Shown here: in pieces, positions 28,459-37,401 of the stretch | Layout of the letters: each line of letters starts with the position of its first letter | How positions within the stretch are numbered: the first letter of the stretch is position 1 | Origin: an uncultured Anaerolineae bacterium | GTDB lineage: Bacteria > Chloroflexota > Anaerolineae > Promineifilales > Promineifilaceae | NCBI GenBank assembly: GCA_965368765.1 | Contig: CBDUOF010000001.1 | Span: 1 to 51,915, forward strand | DNA length: 51,915 bases | Direction: 5' to 3' | Notes under the pieces: model-generated | The model's database searches: none | What the model saw: the letters and a program-made list of their open reading frames with translations, nothing else | What the model was told of the DNA's origin: nothing | Program-made: the position numbers and the translations under genes

Positions 28459-28713
28459 ATGCCCCATTTAATTCAAATTGGTAACTCACAGGGAATTCGT
28501 ATCCCCAATGCACTCATCCAGCAAGCTGGTCTAGAAAAGACGGAGCTTGAATTTGTTCTGGTAGAAGGAGGTCTATTGATAAAACCGATTCGGTCTCGGG
28601 TGCGCCAGGGTTGGGAAAAACAAATTCGGGAAGCGATAGAAGCTCATGGTAGTGACATAACAGACAGTGAGTGGCTTGAAGCATCGTTAGTTAATGAGGA
28701 ATTTAATGGTTGA
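28459..28713 (+). CDS. AbrB/MazE (SpoVT-AbrB fold) antitoxin-like DNA-binding protein, with no cognate toxin
   Basis: 84 aa. The N-terminus MPHLIQIGNSQGIRIPNALIQQAGL..ELEFVLVEGGLLIKP is the classic swapped-hairpin SpoVT/AbrB motif (GNSQGIRIP). The gene is AT-rich and its 3' end overlaps the HerA start. Confidence 0.75.
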   Translation: MPHLIQIGNSQGIRIPNALIQQAGLEKTELEFVLVEGGLLIKPIRSRVRQGWEKQIREAIEAHGSDITDSEWLEASLVNEEFNG

Positions 28714-30430
28714 CATAAATTCAAATGAACCAATCGGCTACATCGTGGGCGGCGGCCTGAAGGAAGGCTTTCGCATTCGGTTGACGGTACCGGCGGACCG
28801 GGTGCAGGAAGGGAGCTTTGTGGTGTGTGAAAACGGCCGTTTCCACTACTACGGCCTCATCACCGACCTGCAGCTAGGCAGCACCGATCCCCGCTTTGCC
28901 GACGAAAAAAGTGACCGACTCCAACCTGCCATCCAGCAAGCCCTGCTGGGCAAAACCCTGTACACCACCCTGATGATGTACCCCACCCTGCTCATGGACA
29001 CCGGGCCACAGTTTGGCTCACCAGACCGTGCCGCCTGGGAAGATCGCATTGCCGACGGCAAAGAAAATCCAGGGCCAAAGCCGGTCAAAACGGTGCCGGC
29101 CCACCACGCTGAGGTGCGCCAGGCTAATGAAGCCGATGTGGCCCAGATTTTTGGCGAAGAAGGCGACGGTATGTTTGTCGTAGGGCACACCATCGAGCAG
29201 GGCTACCCGGTGCGGCTCGATTTGAAGAAGTTTGTCAAGCGCAGCAGCGGTATTTTTGGTGCCACGGGCACGGGCAAAAGCTTCCTGACGCGCATGGTGC
29301 TGGCTGGGCTGATGCGTGAAGATGCGGCGGCGGCGCTGGTTTTTGACATGCACAATGAATACGCTTTTGACGACACCGATACCGACCGCATGGTGACTGT
29401 GCGCGGCTTGCGCGGCCTGTTTGGCGGCAGCAAGGTGCAGGTGGCGGCCTTGGGCAAGGGGGCGCAAGTGCGGGGCAAATCACCCGACTTCACTCTGGAA
29501 ATTAGCCTGAAAGATTTCCAAACCAGCGACATCGAGCTGTTGTCTGAATCGCTGAACCTGACGGACACAGCCAGCGTGACGCTGAACGCGCTCGTCCGTG
29601 CTTTTGGCGACAATTGGTTTGCCGAATTTATGAAGCTGGAGCCGGGCGCCGTAGAAACGGACCCGGAAAGTGGCAAGACGTTCCCGGCGGACAATTCGGT
29701 GGCGGCCTGGTCGCGACAAAACAACGTGCATGAGAAGGCGGCAGAAGCGCTGCATCGCAAGTTGGCCGTTATTTTTGATAAACCGTACGTGACGGAACGG
29801 CCGTCTCACGATTTTGTCTCGGAAATTGTAGATAAGTTGGAAAACGGCCGTCACGTCATTCTCAGTTTTGGCGAGTACGACAACGATTTGGATTATTTGC
29901 TCGTCTCCAATATTCTGACGCGACGGATTCGCCAGCATTGGGTGAAGAAAACGGAGCAGCACAAGACGCACGGTAAGCCTGCCCCACGTCCGCTGCTGAT
30001 CGCCATTGAGGAGGCACATAAGCTGCTCAATCCTCATTTGTCTGGGCAGACGGCGTTTGGCATTATTGCCCGTGAGCTGCGCAAATATTTTGTCACGCTG
30101 CTGGTGGTGGATCAACGGCCGTCTGGCATCGACGACGAGGTCATGAGCCAGCTAGGCACGCGCATTACCGGCTGGCTGGGGGATGAAGACGACATCCGCG
30201 CCGTACTCACCGGCCTGGCTGGGCGCGACCAGCTGCGCGGCATGTTGGCCCGTCTGCAAGAAAAAGAAGAGGTGCTGCTGCTGGGCTGGGGCGTTAAGAT
30301 GCCTATCCCCGTGCGCTCGCGCCGCTATGACGAAACGTTTTATGAAGATATGAAGGGGCGTCATTCCTCAGCGCAATCCAGCTTGGCCGAGTTGGAAGAT
30401 GATGAGTTTAATGATCTCTTTTTTGGGTAA
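28706..30430 (+). CDS. herA: HerA / DUF87-family hexameric ATPase (FtsK-HerA superfamily)
   Basis: Start at ATG 28706, with GAGGAA 4 nt upstream; an alternative ATG lies at 28694. N-terminal HAS-barrel-like segment. Walker A GIFGATGTGKSFL, Walker B LLIAIEEAHKLL, and the family-typical LLVVDQRPSGIDDEVMSQLGTRITGWL. Confidence 0.85.
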   Translation: MVDINSNEPIGYIVGGGLKEGFRIRLTVPADRVQEGSFVVCENGRFHYYGLITDLQLGSTDPRFADEKSDRLQPAIQQALLGKTLYTTLMMYPTLLMDTGPQFGSPDRAAWEDRIADGKENPGPKPVKTVPAHHAEVRQANEADVAQIFGEEGDGMFVVGHTIEQGYPVRLDLKKFVKRSSGIFGATGTGKSFLTRMVLAGLMREDAAAALVFDMHNEYAFDDTDTDRMVTVRGLRGLFGGSKVQVAALGKGAQVRGKSPDFTLEISLKDFQTSDIELLSESLNLTDTASVTLNALVRAFGDNWFAEFMKLEPGAVETDPESGKTFPADNSVAAWSRQNNVHEKAAEALHRKLAVIFDKPYVTERPSHDFVSEIVDKLENGRHVILSFGEYDNDLDYLLVSNILTRRIRQHWVKKTEQHKTHGKPAPRPLLIAIEEAHKLLNPHLSGQTAFGIIARELRKYFVTLLVVDQRPSGIDDEVMSQLGTRITGWLGDEDDIRAVLTGLAGRDQLRGMLARLQEKEEVLLLGWGVKMPIPVRSRRYDETFYEDMKGRHSSAQSSLAELEDDEFNDLFFG

Positions 30431-30644
30431 CTGATAATTGGTAGGCGTTATGCAAGCTGAGCTTGTCGAAGCCAATTTCGACAGACTCACTCTCCAACAA
30501 CAACGTGATAATGCGCAACTCCTAATTTGATAACTACGTCATTGAGCAACTGGAATGGGCAAATTATTCAGTGGCTCAATGACATGCCTCTGTTACGCAA
30601 TAACCTGCACCTCAACCCTGTTCGATCTAGGTATAATTCCCGAC

Positions 30645-31439
30645 ATGAATCCGTGTTTTCCCGACGATACGTACCATACGCCACCCAATACGCCGCGCCG
30701 CTGGCTTGATCGATTGGCATTGGGCAGCCGACTCTACTTGCATACCCGCTTTATTTGGGAAATTATCAAGGCACGATGGCTGGTTGGGCGGCATCGCTAT
30801 GATAGGGCAGCCTGGGGCGAGACATCTTATGCCATTTTTAAGATGATAGAGGGGTGCAACGGCCGTTTTCATATCAGCGGCCTGGATAAAATTCGGGATT
30901 TGGAAAGTCCGGTGGTGTTTGTAAGTAACCATATGAGCAGCCTAGAAGGCAATATTTTTGGCTGTTTGTTGCCCATCCACCAGGAAATCAGCTTTGTTAT
31001 CAAAGAATCATTAACCCGCTATCCAGTTTTCGGCCCCGTAGTCAGGGCCCGAAATCCAATTACCGTGGGGCGCAGCAACCCGCGTGCGGATTTGCAAAAG
31101 GTGCTGCAGGAGGGCGTAAGTATGCTGCAAAACGGCCGTTCCGTTCTTCTTTTCCCACAGCACACCCGAACCGCCACGTTTATGCCTGCCGAGTTCAATT
31201 CATTGGGAATCAAGCTTGCCAAACGCGCCAGCGTGGCGGTCGTTCCCATTGCTGTAAAGACTGATTTTATGCAAAACGGCCGTTACCTGCGCGATTTTGG
31301 CCCTCTGGATCGCCGTCAGCCCATTCATATTGCTTTCGGTGAGCCATTCCCCATTCAAAACAGTAAAGTAGCCCACCATCGGGTAGTCGACTTTATTCAA
31401 GGCAATTTGCATATCTGGCAGAACACCTCGGCCAGTTAA
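30645..31439 (+). CDS. Lysophospholipid / 1-acyl-sn-glycerol-3-phosphate acyltransferase family protein
   Basis: The ORF runs from 30555; I prefer ATG 30645 (MNPCFPDD), which lies 7 nt after TATAAT (30632-30637). Motif I is VSNHMSSLEG (HX4E variant of HX4D). FPQHTRT is a motif III-like segment. Confidence 0.7.
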   Translation: MNPCFPDDTYHTPPNTPRRWLDRLALGSRLYLHTRFIWEIIKARWLVGRHRYDRAAWGETSYAIFKMIEGCNGRFHISGLDKIRDLESPVVFVSNHMSSLEGNIFGCLLPIHQEISFVIKESLTRYPVFGPVVRARNPITVGRSNPRADLQKVLQEGVSMLQNGRSVLLFPQHTRTATFMPAEFNSLGIKLAKRASVAVVPIAVKTDFMQNGRYLRDFGPLDRRQPIHIAFGEPFPIQNSKVAHHRVVDFIQGNLHIWQNTSAS

Positions 31440-31556
31440 TCTTTAGCAATTTGGACAATTTCCCTACTCCTGAGGGACTAAAGTCAGATTGTCATCCCAG
31501 ATAGAACCGTTCAAAATTGGCATATCCGTCATATTTCAACCGAATGCCAGGAAGAG

Positions 31557-33935
31557 ATGAAACTTCAAATACAACGCATATTAGATTGGCATCAGCTTTT
31601 GAGAACGCGCCTGTCTCATAGGATGGAGGTCCTATTGGTTGGCCTTCTCCTGGCAAGCATACATGCCCTCGTCTTCTTACTGTTACAGCTCAAAACAGGC
31701 TATACAATTACCGGCTTCATTTTTATTCCGATCCTGATTGTCGCCTGGTTCTTCGGGCTGCGACTCGGCATATACGCTTCAATTCTGGGCTATCTTTACA
31801 ATATTTTGCTTATCACGGCCCTTGAACAAGCAATTACGCCAGATCTCTATTTACAGGGATTAATGGGCCACGTTTTCACCCTAGTGGCAGCCATATTTGT
31901 TGGCAAATTTAAAGAGTTAAGCCAAGAGCTGAAACGTGAAATGGCTGAACGCAACCAGATTGAACAAACCATTCAGGTGAGCGAAAGAAAATTTCGCCTC
32001 TTATCTGAAAATCTCAATGATTTAATCTGCCTGCATGAACTTGATAGTACGCTAATATATCTTTCCTCATCGGTGGAAGAAATCTTAGGGTATTCAGCCA
32101 AGGAGCTACTGGGTAAAAAACCTTTCCAGCTTTTTCACCCAGATGATGTTGAACTTTTCCGCTCTCATCAATATATGCAGTCGGTTCAATTAGAAAGGGA
32201 TTTTACGGTTGAGGGACGTATGCAGCATAAAGACGGTCACTTCCTTTGGGTTGAGTCCCGGATACGGCCGTTTGTCTATGAAAATGATGACCATGTTTAT
32301 TGGCAGTCAATAACCCGCGACATTTCTGAATTGAAAGCCCGCACAACCTCGCTTAAGCAAGCCAAAGAAGAGGCCGAAGAAGCTAATCGCGTCAAGGGTG
32401 AATTTTTGGCCAATATGAGTCACGAGATTCGCACGCCCATGAATGCCATTATCGGGCTGACGGGCCTGTTACTGGACACCCCGCTAAATTTAGAGCAGCA
32501 AGACTTTCTCCAAACCATCCGCACTAGCAGTGATGGCTTGCTCGACATTATCAACAATATTCTTGACTTTTCCAAAATAGAAGCTGGTAAGCTGGAATTA
32601 GAAACGGTTCCGTTCAATTTACACGAATGTGTTGAAGATGCTTTGGACCTCAATGCGGCCACAGCGTATGAAAAAGGGCTCGAGTTAGCTTTCCTAATTA
32701 GCGATGATGTACCAGACGCTTTGATCGGGGACGTGACTCGATTGAGGCAGATTCTGGTTAATTTGGTTAGCAATGCGGTTAAATTCACAGATGCGGGTGA
32801 GGTATTTCTTTCTGTTACGCAGCACAGTGCACAAAATGATGTCCGAGAGCTGCGTTTTTCAGTGGTAGATACGGGCATTGGTATTTCTCCTGAACGAATG
32901 GATCGACTGTTCCGTTCATTTAGCCAGGTAGATTCTTCAACAACGCGTCAATACGGCGGCACAGGGCTCGGGCTGGTAATCAGCAAACGGTTGGCCGAGG
33001 CGATGGGCGGACGCATGTGGGTAGAAAGCGAACCCAACAAAGGCTCTACTTTTAGCTTTACAATTATGGCCAATGCGCTGGTTCCAGGTGAGTCATTCGC
33101 GCCGGAAACGGCCGTTTCCCCCCGCACCCTAAACAATAAACGAATCCTGGTCGTCGATGACAACGACGTCAATCGGCTCATCATGAAACATTATTTGTAT
33201 CGTTGGCAGGCTGAATCGCATATTGTGAGCTCTGGCGAAGAAGCCCTGAACTTGCTGGCACAGGGCCAATCCTTTGATCTGGGCATTTTGGACATGCAAA
33301 TGCCTACCATGGACGGTGTCATGCTAGCCCAGGCCATACAAGCGTTACCAGGGAAACGGCCGTTTCCCCTCATTTTACTCAGTTCCTTAGGTCAGATTGC
33401 AGCGAATGAATCACAGGGATTGTTTGTTGCCCAAATTACCAAGCCAGTCAAACCAAACAGTTTGCACAGGGCAATAGAGCAAGCTTTAGGTATAAGAAAT
33501 GAAGTGGCATCAGCGAAAATGGCCGAGTTGGTGCCAGCTAAAACTCCCCATCATAACTTAAGCATTTTGCTGGCCGAAGACAATATCATTAATCAAAAAG
33601 TGGCTCTGAGCATGTTAGAGCGAATTGGCTATAACGTCGGCGTCGCAGCCAACGGCCACGAGGTATTGGCCGCATTGCGACAGCAGTCCTACGACATTAT
33701 CCTAATGGATGTGCAAATGCCAGAGATGGATGGTCTGGTGGCTACGCAACTTATTCGCCAAAACAGGGCGCTAACGAAGCAGCCCTACATTATTGCCCTC
33801 ACCGCCAACGCACTTAAAGGGGATCGGGAACGATTTTTATCCGCTGGCATGGATGATTATCTAAGCAAGCCGGTACGTTTGGAAGAGTTAGCCAACGCCA
33901 TTGACAGATGCCCTCTTGCATCTCTGTCTTCTTAA
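31557..33935 (+). CDS. Hybrid sensor histidine kinase (TM - PAS - HisKA - HATPase_c - REC - REC)
   Basis: 792 aa. H-box SHEIRTPMNAIIG, N-box LVNLVSNAVKFT, G-boxes DTGIGI and GGTGLGL. Two receiver domains (ILVVDDNDVNR...DLGILDMQMPTMDG and ILLAEDNIINQ...DIILMDVQMPEMDG...KP). Confidence 0.9.
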   Translation: MKLQIQRILDWHQLLRTRLSHRMEVLLVGLLLASIHALVFLLLQLKTGYTITGFIFIPILIVAWFFGLRLGIYASILGYLYNILLITALEQAITPDLYLQGLMGHVFTLVAAIFVGKFKELSQELKREMAERNQIEQTIQVSERKFRLLSENLNDLICLHELDSTLIYLSSSVEEILGYSAKELLGKKPFQLFHPDDVELFRSHQYMQSVQLERDFTVEGRMQHKDGHFLWVESRIRPFVYENDDHVYWQSITRDISELKARTTSLKQAKEEAEEANRVKGEFLANMSHEIRTPMNAIIGLTGLLLDTPLNLEQQDFLQTIRTSSDGLLDIINNILDFSKIEAGKLELETVPFNLHECVEDALDLNAATAYEKGLELAFLISDDVPDALIGDVTRLRQILVNLVSNAVKFTDAGEVFLSVTQHSAQNDVRELRFSVVDTGIGISPERMDRLFRSFSQVDSSTTRQYGGTGLGLVISKRLAEAMGGRMWVESEPNKGSTFSFTIMANALVPGESFAPETAVSPRTLNNKRILVVDDNDVNRLIMKHYLYRWQAESHIVSSGEEALNLLAQGQSFDLGILDMQMPTMDGVMLAQAIQALPGKRPFPLILLSSLGQIAANESQGLFVAQITKPVKPNSLHRAIEQALGIRNEVASAKMAELVPAKTPHHNLSILLAEDNIINQKVALSMLERIGYNVGVAANGHEVLAALRQQSYDIILMDVQMPEMDGLVATQLIRQNRALTKQPYIIALTANALKGDRERFLSAGMDDYLSKPVRLEELANAIDRCPLASLSS

Positions 33936-33963
33936 ATTGTTGCCAATTGTTGTCACACGTCCC

Positions 33964-35472
33964 CTATGTCTGATTCTGAATCTCCATCAAGGCTAATTTG
34001 CGATCGCGTTGTTTTTGCTGTTCCCACAAAATGGTTGGCGCCACCGCGCGTTCTCGGCATTGTTCGGCCGTTAGTGGACAGCGCTCACAGGTTTCATTGA
34101 TGATTACCTGGGGAATAGCCGGATCCTGGGCAAACCGAATCGTATTCTTCAAATCCGGATCTACCCGAAAACCAACAATGACACTACTCGTTACCCCTGG
34201 CGACAAGCTTAGCTCTCGTGAAAAGCCCAGGCACAAAAATTTATCCTGCGACTCTACAAATTCGGACATTTGCACCCCAACATGAGGCTGGTCTGAGGAC
34301 GTTGGCACCTGCGCCGCGCTTTCCATGTCGCGCAGCAGTCGTACCGATAGCCAGCGCCGACAGTAATGCTCCAACAACCCTATCCCGCTTGGCACAATAA
34401 GCTGGTTCATGTTCAGCTGTTTAATCAGCTGGTAGCTGCCGCTGTTTTCCTGATGATGAAAACGCAAAAAGTGGAGCTTTACGCCAAAAAATTGAGGGAT
34501 TAACTCACTAAAGCGATAAAACAACATCTCCGGCGTAACGTGATATTTATCCAGCATTGCCAGCATAAGGTGTCCAGACCAGCTGGTTTGTTCAAATAAA
34601 TGCTGCAAATCAGCCAAAATATGGTGGCGCGGCATGAGCAAAGCACCCCCAAAATAGGCTGCCTTAAAATCGTTTAGAATTTGCAGAAACGAGTTGATTT
34701 GATCCGGTGTTGAGGCAAAAGAACGCTCTTTAAGCTTGAGGTATTGATAGCCAACCTCTCGAGCCAATATAAACTTAATTTGCCGTGTGCTCAGCGCATT
34801 GTTAATCAGTAAACGGGGTGTTTTTCCTTCGAAAAATACCGAACGATATTTGGACAGCGCTGGTTGCTGATCAATTGTTTCAAGATCAATTTCGTAACCA
34901 TATTCATTATGTAAGATGGCTTCCAGCACGTCCTGGCTGGCTGGGAGATCGCTGTTCAGACCGTATTTCTGCCCGAATTTTTCATTAAATGCCTGCGCAG
35001 CATCTTCCAAGTCCTGGAAATAATTCTCATGAATTTCCTGGTAAGAGCGTAGCGCCGCGCGCAAAAAATCTTCTTCGTGCAGGCCATAGCGACGGCCGAT
35101 TTCCAGCACTGCATGCAGCAAAGCACTTGCCTTCTCTGGCTCCCGCGTGAGGAGCGTCACCAGATCACTTAACTCAAGGCCAAATTCTTCAAAAGGAAAG
35201 CGCTGAAAGGCAATTGACTTCAACGTCGTGCTGAGATAGGTCAATGATGGCGAGAGTGCGATGGACACCAATTCGTCATACGGCTTATTGAGCACTTCTA
35301 CCATGCGCATAATTTTATCAACGCGGGGGTACTTACGACCTTTTTCAATCTCAGTAACGTAGGAGGGGGACAGTTCACATTGATGGGCAAATTCTGAAAG
35401 GGTCAACCCCGTTTCCAGGCGCGCTTGACGTACTTTCATGCCAAAAATGATGTTGATAAGGTTATTGGTCAT
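33964..35472 (-). CDS. XRE-HTH / ImmA-IrrE-like / C-terminal Cys-cluster regulator of the RamB-PrpR-ScfR family
   Basis: 502 aa. N-terminal HTH: VRQARLETGLTLSEFAHQCELSPSYVTEIEKGRKYP. C-terminal segment: INETCERCPLTAEQCRERA. It is divergent from aceB-aceA, the classical genomic context of this family. Confidence 0.75.
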   Translation of the reverse strand: MTNNLINIIFGMKVRQARLETGLTLSEFAHQCELSPSYVTEIEKGRKYPRVDKIMRMVEVLNKPYDELVSIALSPSLTYLSTTLKSIAFQRFPFEEFGLELSDLVTLLTREPEKASALLHAVLEIGRRYGLHEEDFLRAALRSYQEIHENYFQDLEDAAQAFNEKFGQKYGLNSDLPASQDVLEAILHNEYGYEIDLETIDQQPALSKYRSVFFEGKTPRLLINNALSTRQIKFILAREVGYQYLKLKERSFASTPDQINSFLQILNDFKAAYFGGALLMPRHHILADLQHLFEQTSWSGHLMLAMLDKYHVTPEMLFYRFSELIPQFFGVKLHFLRFHHQENSGSYQLIKQLNMNQLIVPSGIGLLEHYCRRWLSVRLLRDMESAAQVPTSSDQPHVGVQMSEFVESQDKFLCLGFSRELSLSPGVTSSVIVGFRVDPDLKNTIRFAQDPAIPQVIINETCERCPLTAEQCRERAVAPTILWEQQKQRDRKLALMEIQNQT

Positions 35473-35565
35473 AGTTTACTCACTGTGTCGTTTGGTTCCC
35501 TTGTTCTAATGAAGGGGTCAACATAGGCGGCGTGTTGCTTGTCGGTATTTAATGATACAACTTTT

Positions 35566-35661
35566 AGCGAAAATTCGCTATTAAGCGAAATATCGCCAAT
35601 TAGGCCTTGACACACTGCTGCTTTTGATTATACTTTTCTTCACAAACAGCGAATTTTCGCT
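35566..35661 (+). promoter_or_regulatory. aceBA promoter with flanking AGCGAA-N2-TTCGCT operators
   Basis: TTGACA (35607-35612), 16 nt, TATACT (35629-35634). Inverted repeats AGCGAAAATTCGCT (35566-35579) and AGCGAATTTTCGCT (35648-35661). Extra AGCGAA half-sites lie at 35584, 35683 and 35694. Confidence 0.5.
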
Positions 35662-35715
35662 AAGAGAAGTCATTTTACAACCAGCGAATGATAAGCGAAG
35701 CAAGGAGCCTCATAA

Positions 35716-37299
35716 ATGAGTCGCGATTTTCAGCTTACTGGCACACTTTACCCCGAATTTGAATCTATCCTGACACCAGAAGCGTTGACCTTTGTTGCTG
35801 CTTTAGAAAAACGGTTTGGTTCACGGCGTCATGAGTTGTTGCAGCAGCGGGTGGCTCGACAGGCACGATTGGACGCCGGTGAAATGCCAAACTTCTTACC
35901 GGAAACGGCCGAAATTCGCAGCCGTGATTGGCAAGTGGCCCCCATCCCCGCGGATCTGATGGATCGCCGTGTCGAAATTACCGGACCCGTTGACCGCAAG
36001 ATGGTTATCAACGCGCTGAACTCCGGGGCCAATATGTACATGGCCGATTTTGAAGATTCTCACTCCCCCACCTGGCAAGATACCATTCGTGGCCAAATCA
36101 ACCTGAGCGATGCCATTGACGGCACGATTACATACACCAACCCCAACGGAAAATTTTACGAACTAAACGCCTCCATTGCCACCCTGTTGGTGCGGCCACG
36201 CGGCTGGCATTTAGACGAGAAACATATGCAGATAAACGGCCGTTCCGTGTCCGCCTCTCTATTTGATTTTGGCCTCTTCTTTTTTCACAATGCCAAAAAG
36301 CTACTGTCTAAAGGCAGTGGGCCCTACTTTTATCTACCTAAACTGGAAAGTCATTTAGAAGCTCGGCTATGGAACGATGTCTTTATCCTGGCGCAAGAAA
36401 TGCTGGGCGTGCCGCAAGGAACAATTCGCGCCACGGTGCTCATTGAAAATATCTTGGCTGCTTTTGAGATGGACGAAATTTTGTATGAACTGCGCGACCA
36501 TTCATCAGGACTTAACTGTGGCCGTTGGGATTACATCTTCAGCGCCATTCGCAAATTCCGTAATCACCCTACCTTTGTATTGCCAGACCGCGCCGAAGTG
36601 ACCATGACCAGCCACATGATGCGGTCTTACTCACTGCTGCTCATCCAAACCTGCCACCGACGCGGCATTCACGCCATGGGCGGTATGGCAGCACAAATTC
36701 CCATTAAGAATGATCCGGCAGCCAATGAAGCAGCGCTGGCAAAAGTGCGTGCCGACAAAGAGCGCGAGGCGCAAGATGGGCATGATGGCACCTGGGTGGC
36801 GCACCCTGCACTCGTGGCCATAGCCAAAGAAGAGTTTGATAAGGTCATGCCTGGCGCCAACCAGATTGAACGATTGCGACAAGATGTTCATATTACGGCC
36901 GATGATTTACTGGTTGTACCAGAAGGCAACATTACTGAAGCGGGGCTGCGTACCAACATCGACGTAGGCATTCAATATATGGCGTCCTGGCTGGATGGCA
37001 GTGGCTGTGTGCCCATTTATAACCTGATGGAAGATGCCGCGACGGCCGAAATTTCCCGCGCACAGGTGTGGCAATGGCTGCATACACCTGGCACTAAACT
37101 GGCCGACGGCCGTCTTGTTACCCCGGAGCTGGTGCAGATGCTGATGCCCACAGTGATGCAGCAAATTAAAGGCATTGTGGGAGCAGAGCGATTTGAGCAA
37201 GGCAAATATCGGGATGCCAGCAAACTGTTTGAGCAAATTATTACGGGCAAAACATTTACAGAATTTTTAACATTGCCTGCTTACGAATATCTAAACTGA
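35716..37299 (+). CDS. aceB: Malate synthase A
   Basis: 527 aa with SD AAGGAG. The size and blocks such as [36 protein letters not shown] and [11 protein letters not shown] are characteristic of AceB. It is adjacent to isocitrate lyase. Confidence 0.92.
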   Translation: MSRDFQLTGTLYPEFESILTPEALTFVAALEKRFGSRRHELLQQRVARQARLDAGEMPNFLPETAEIRSRDWQVAPIPADLMDRRVEITGPVDRKMVINALNSGANMYMADFEDSHSPTWQDTIRGQINLSDAIDGTITYTNPNGKFYELNASIATLLVRPRGWHLDEKHMQINGRSVSASLFDFGLFFFHNAKKLLSKGSGPYFYLPKLESHLEARLWNDVFILAQEMLGVPQGTIRATVLIENILAAFEMDEILYELRDHSSGLNCGRWDYIFSAIRKFRNHPTFVLPDRAEVTMTSHMMRSYSLLLIQTCHRRGIHAMGGMAAQIPIKNDPAANEAALAKVRADKEREAQDGHDGTWVAHPALVAIAKEEFDKVMPGANQIERLRQDVHITADDLLVVPEGNITEAGLRTNIDVGIQYMASWLDGSGCVPIYNLMEDAATAEISRAQVWQWLHTPGTKLADGRLVTPELVQMLMPTVMQQIKGIVGAERFEQGKYRDASKLFEQIITGKTFTEFLTLPAYEYLN

Positions 37300-37401
37300 G
37301 ATTGGAGATTAGAGCGTGGAGATTTAGCAACTCGTTTTTAATCTCCAGGTGCCACTTCATCAATCTCTCCTTTTTATTTCCCCACAACAGGAGGAGCAAC
37401 T

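Noticed and set aside
26789-30115. Antisense ORFs inside nurA and herA (190 aa at 26789-27361, 185 aa at 29203-29760, 211 aa at 29480-30115, and others)
   Set aside because: All lie opposite genes with clear family motifs. Their translations are Arg/His/Gln-rich and lack domain signatures.
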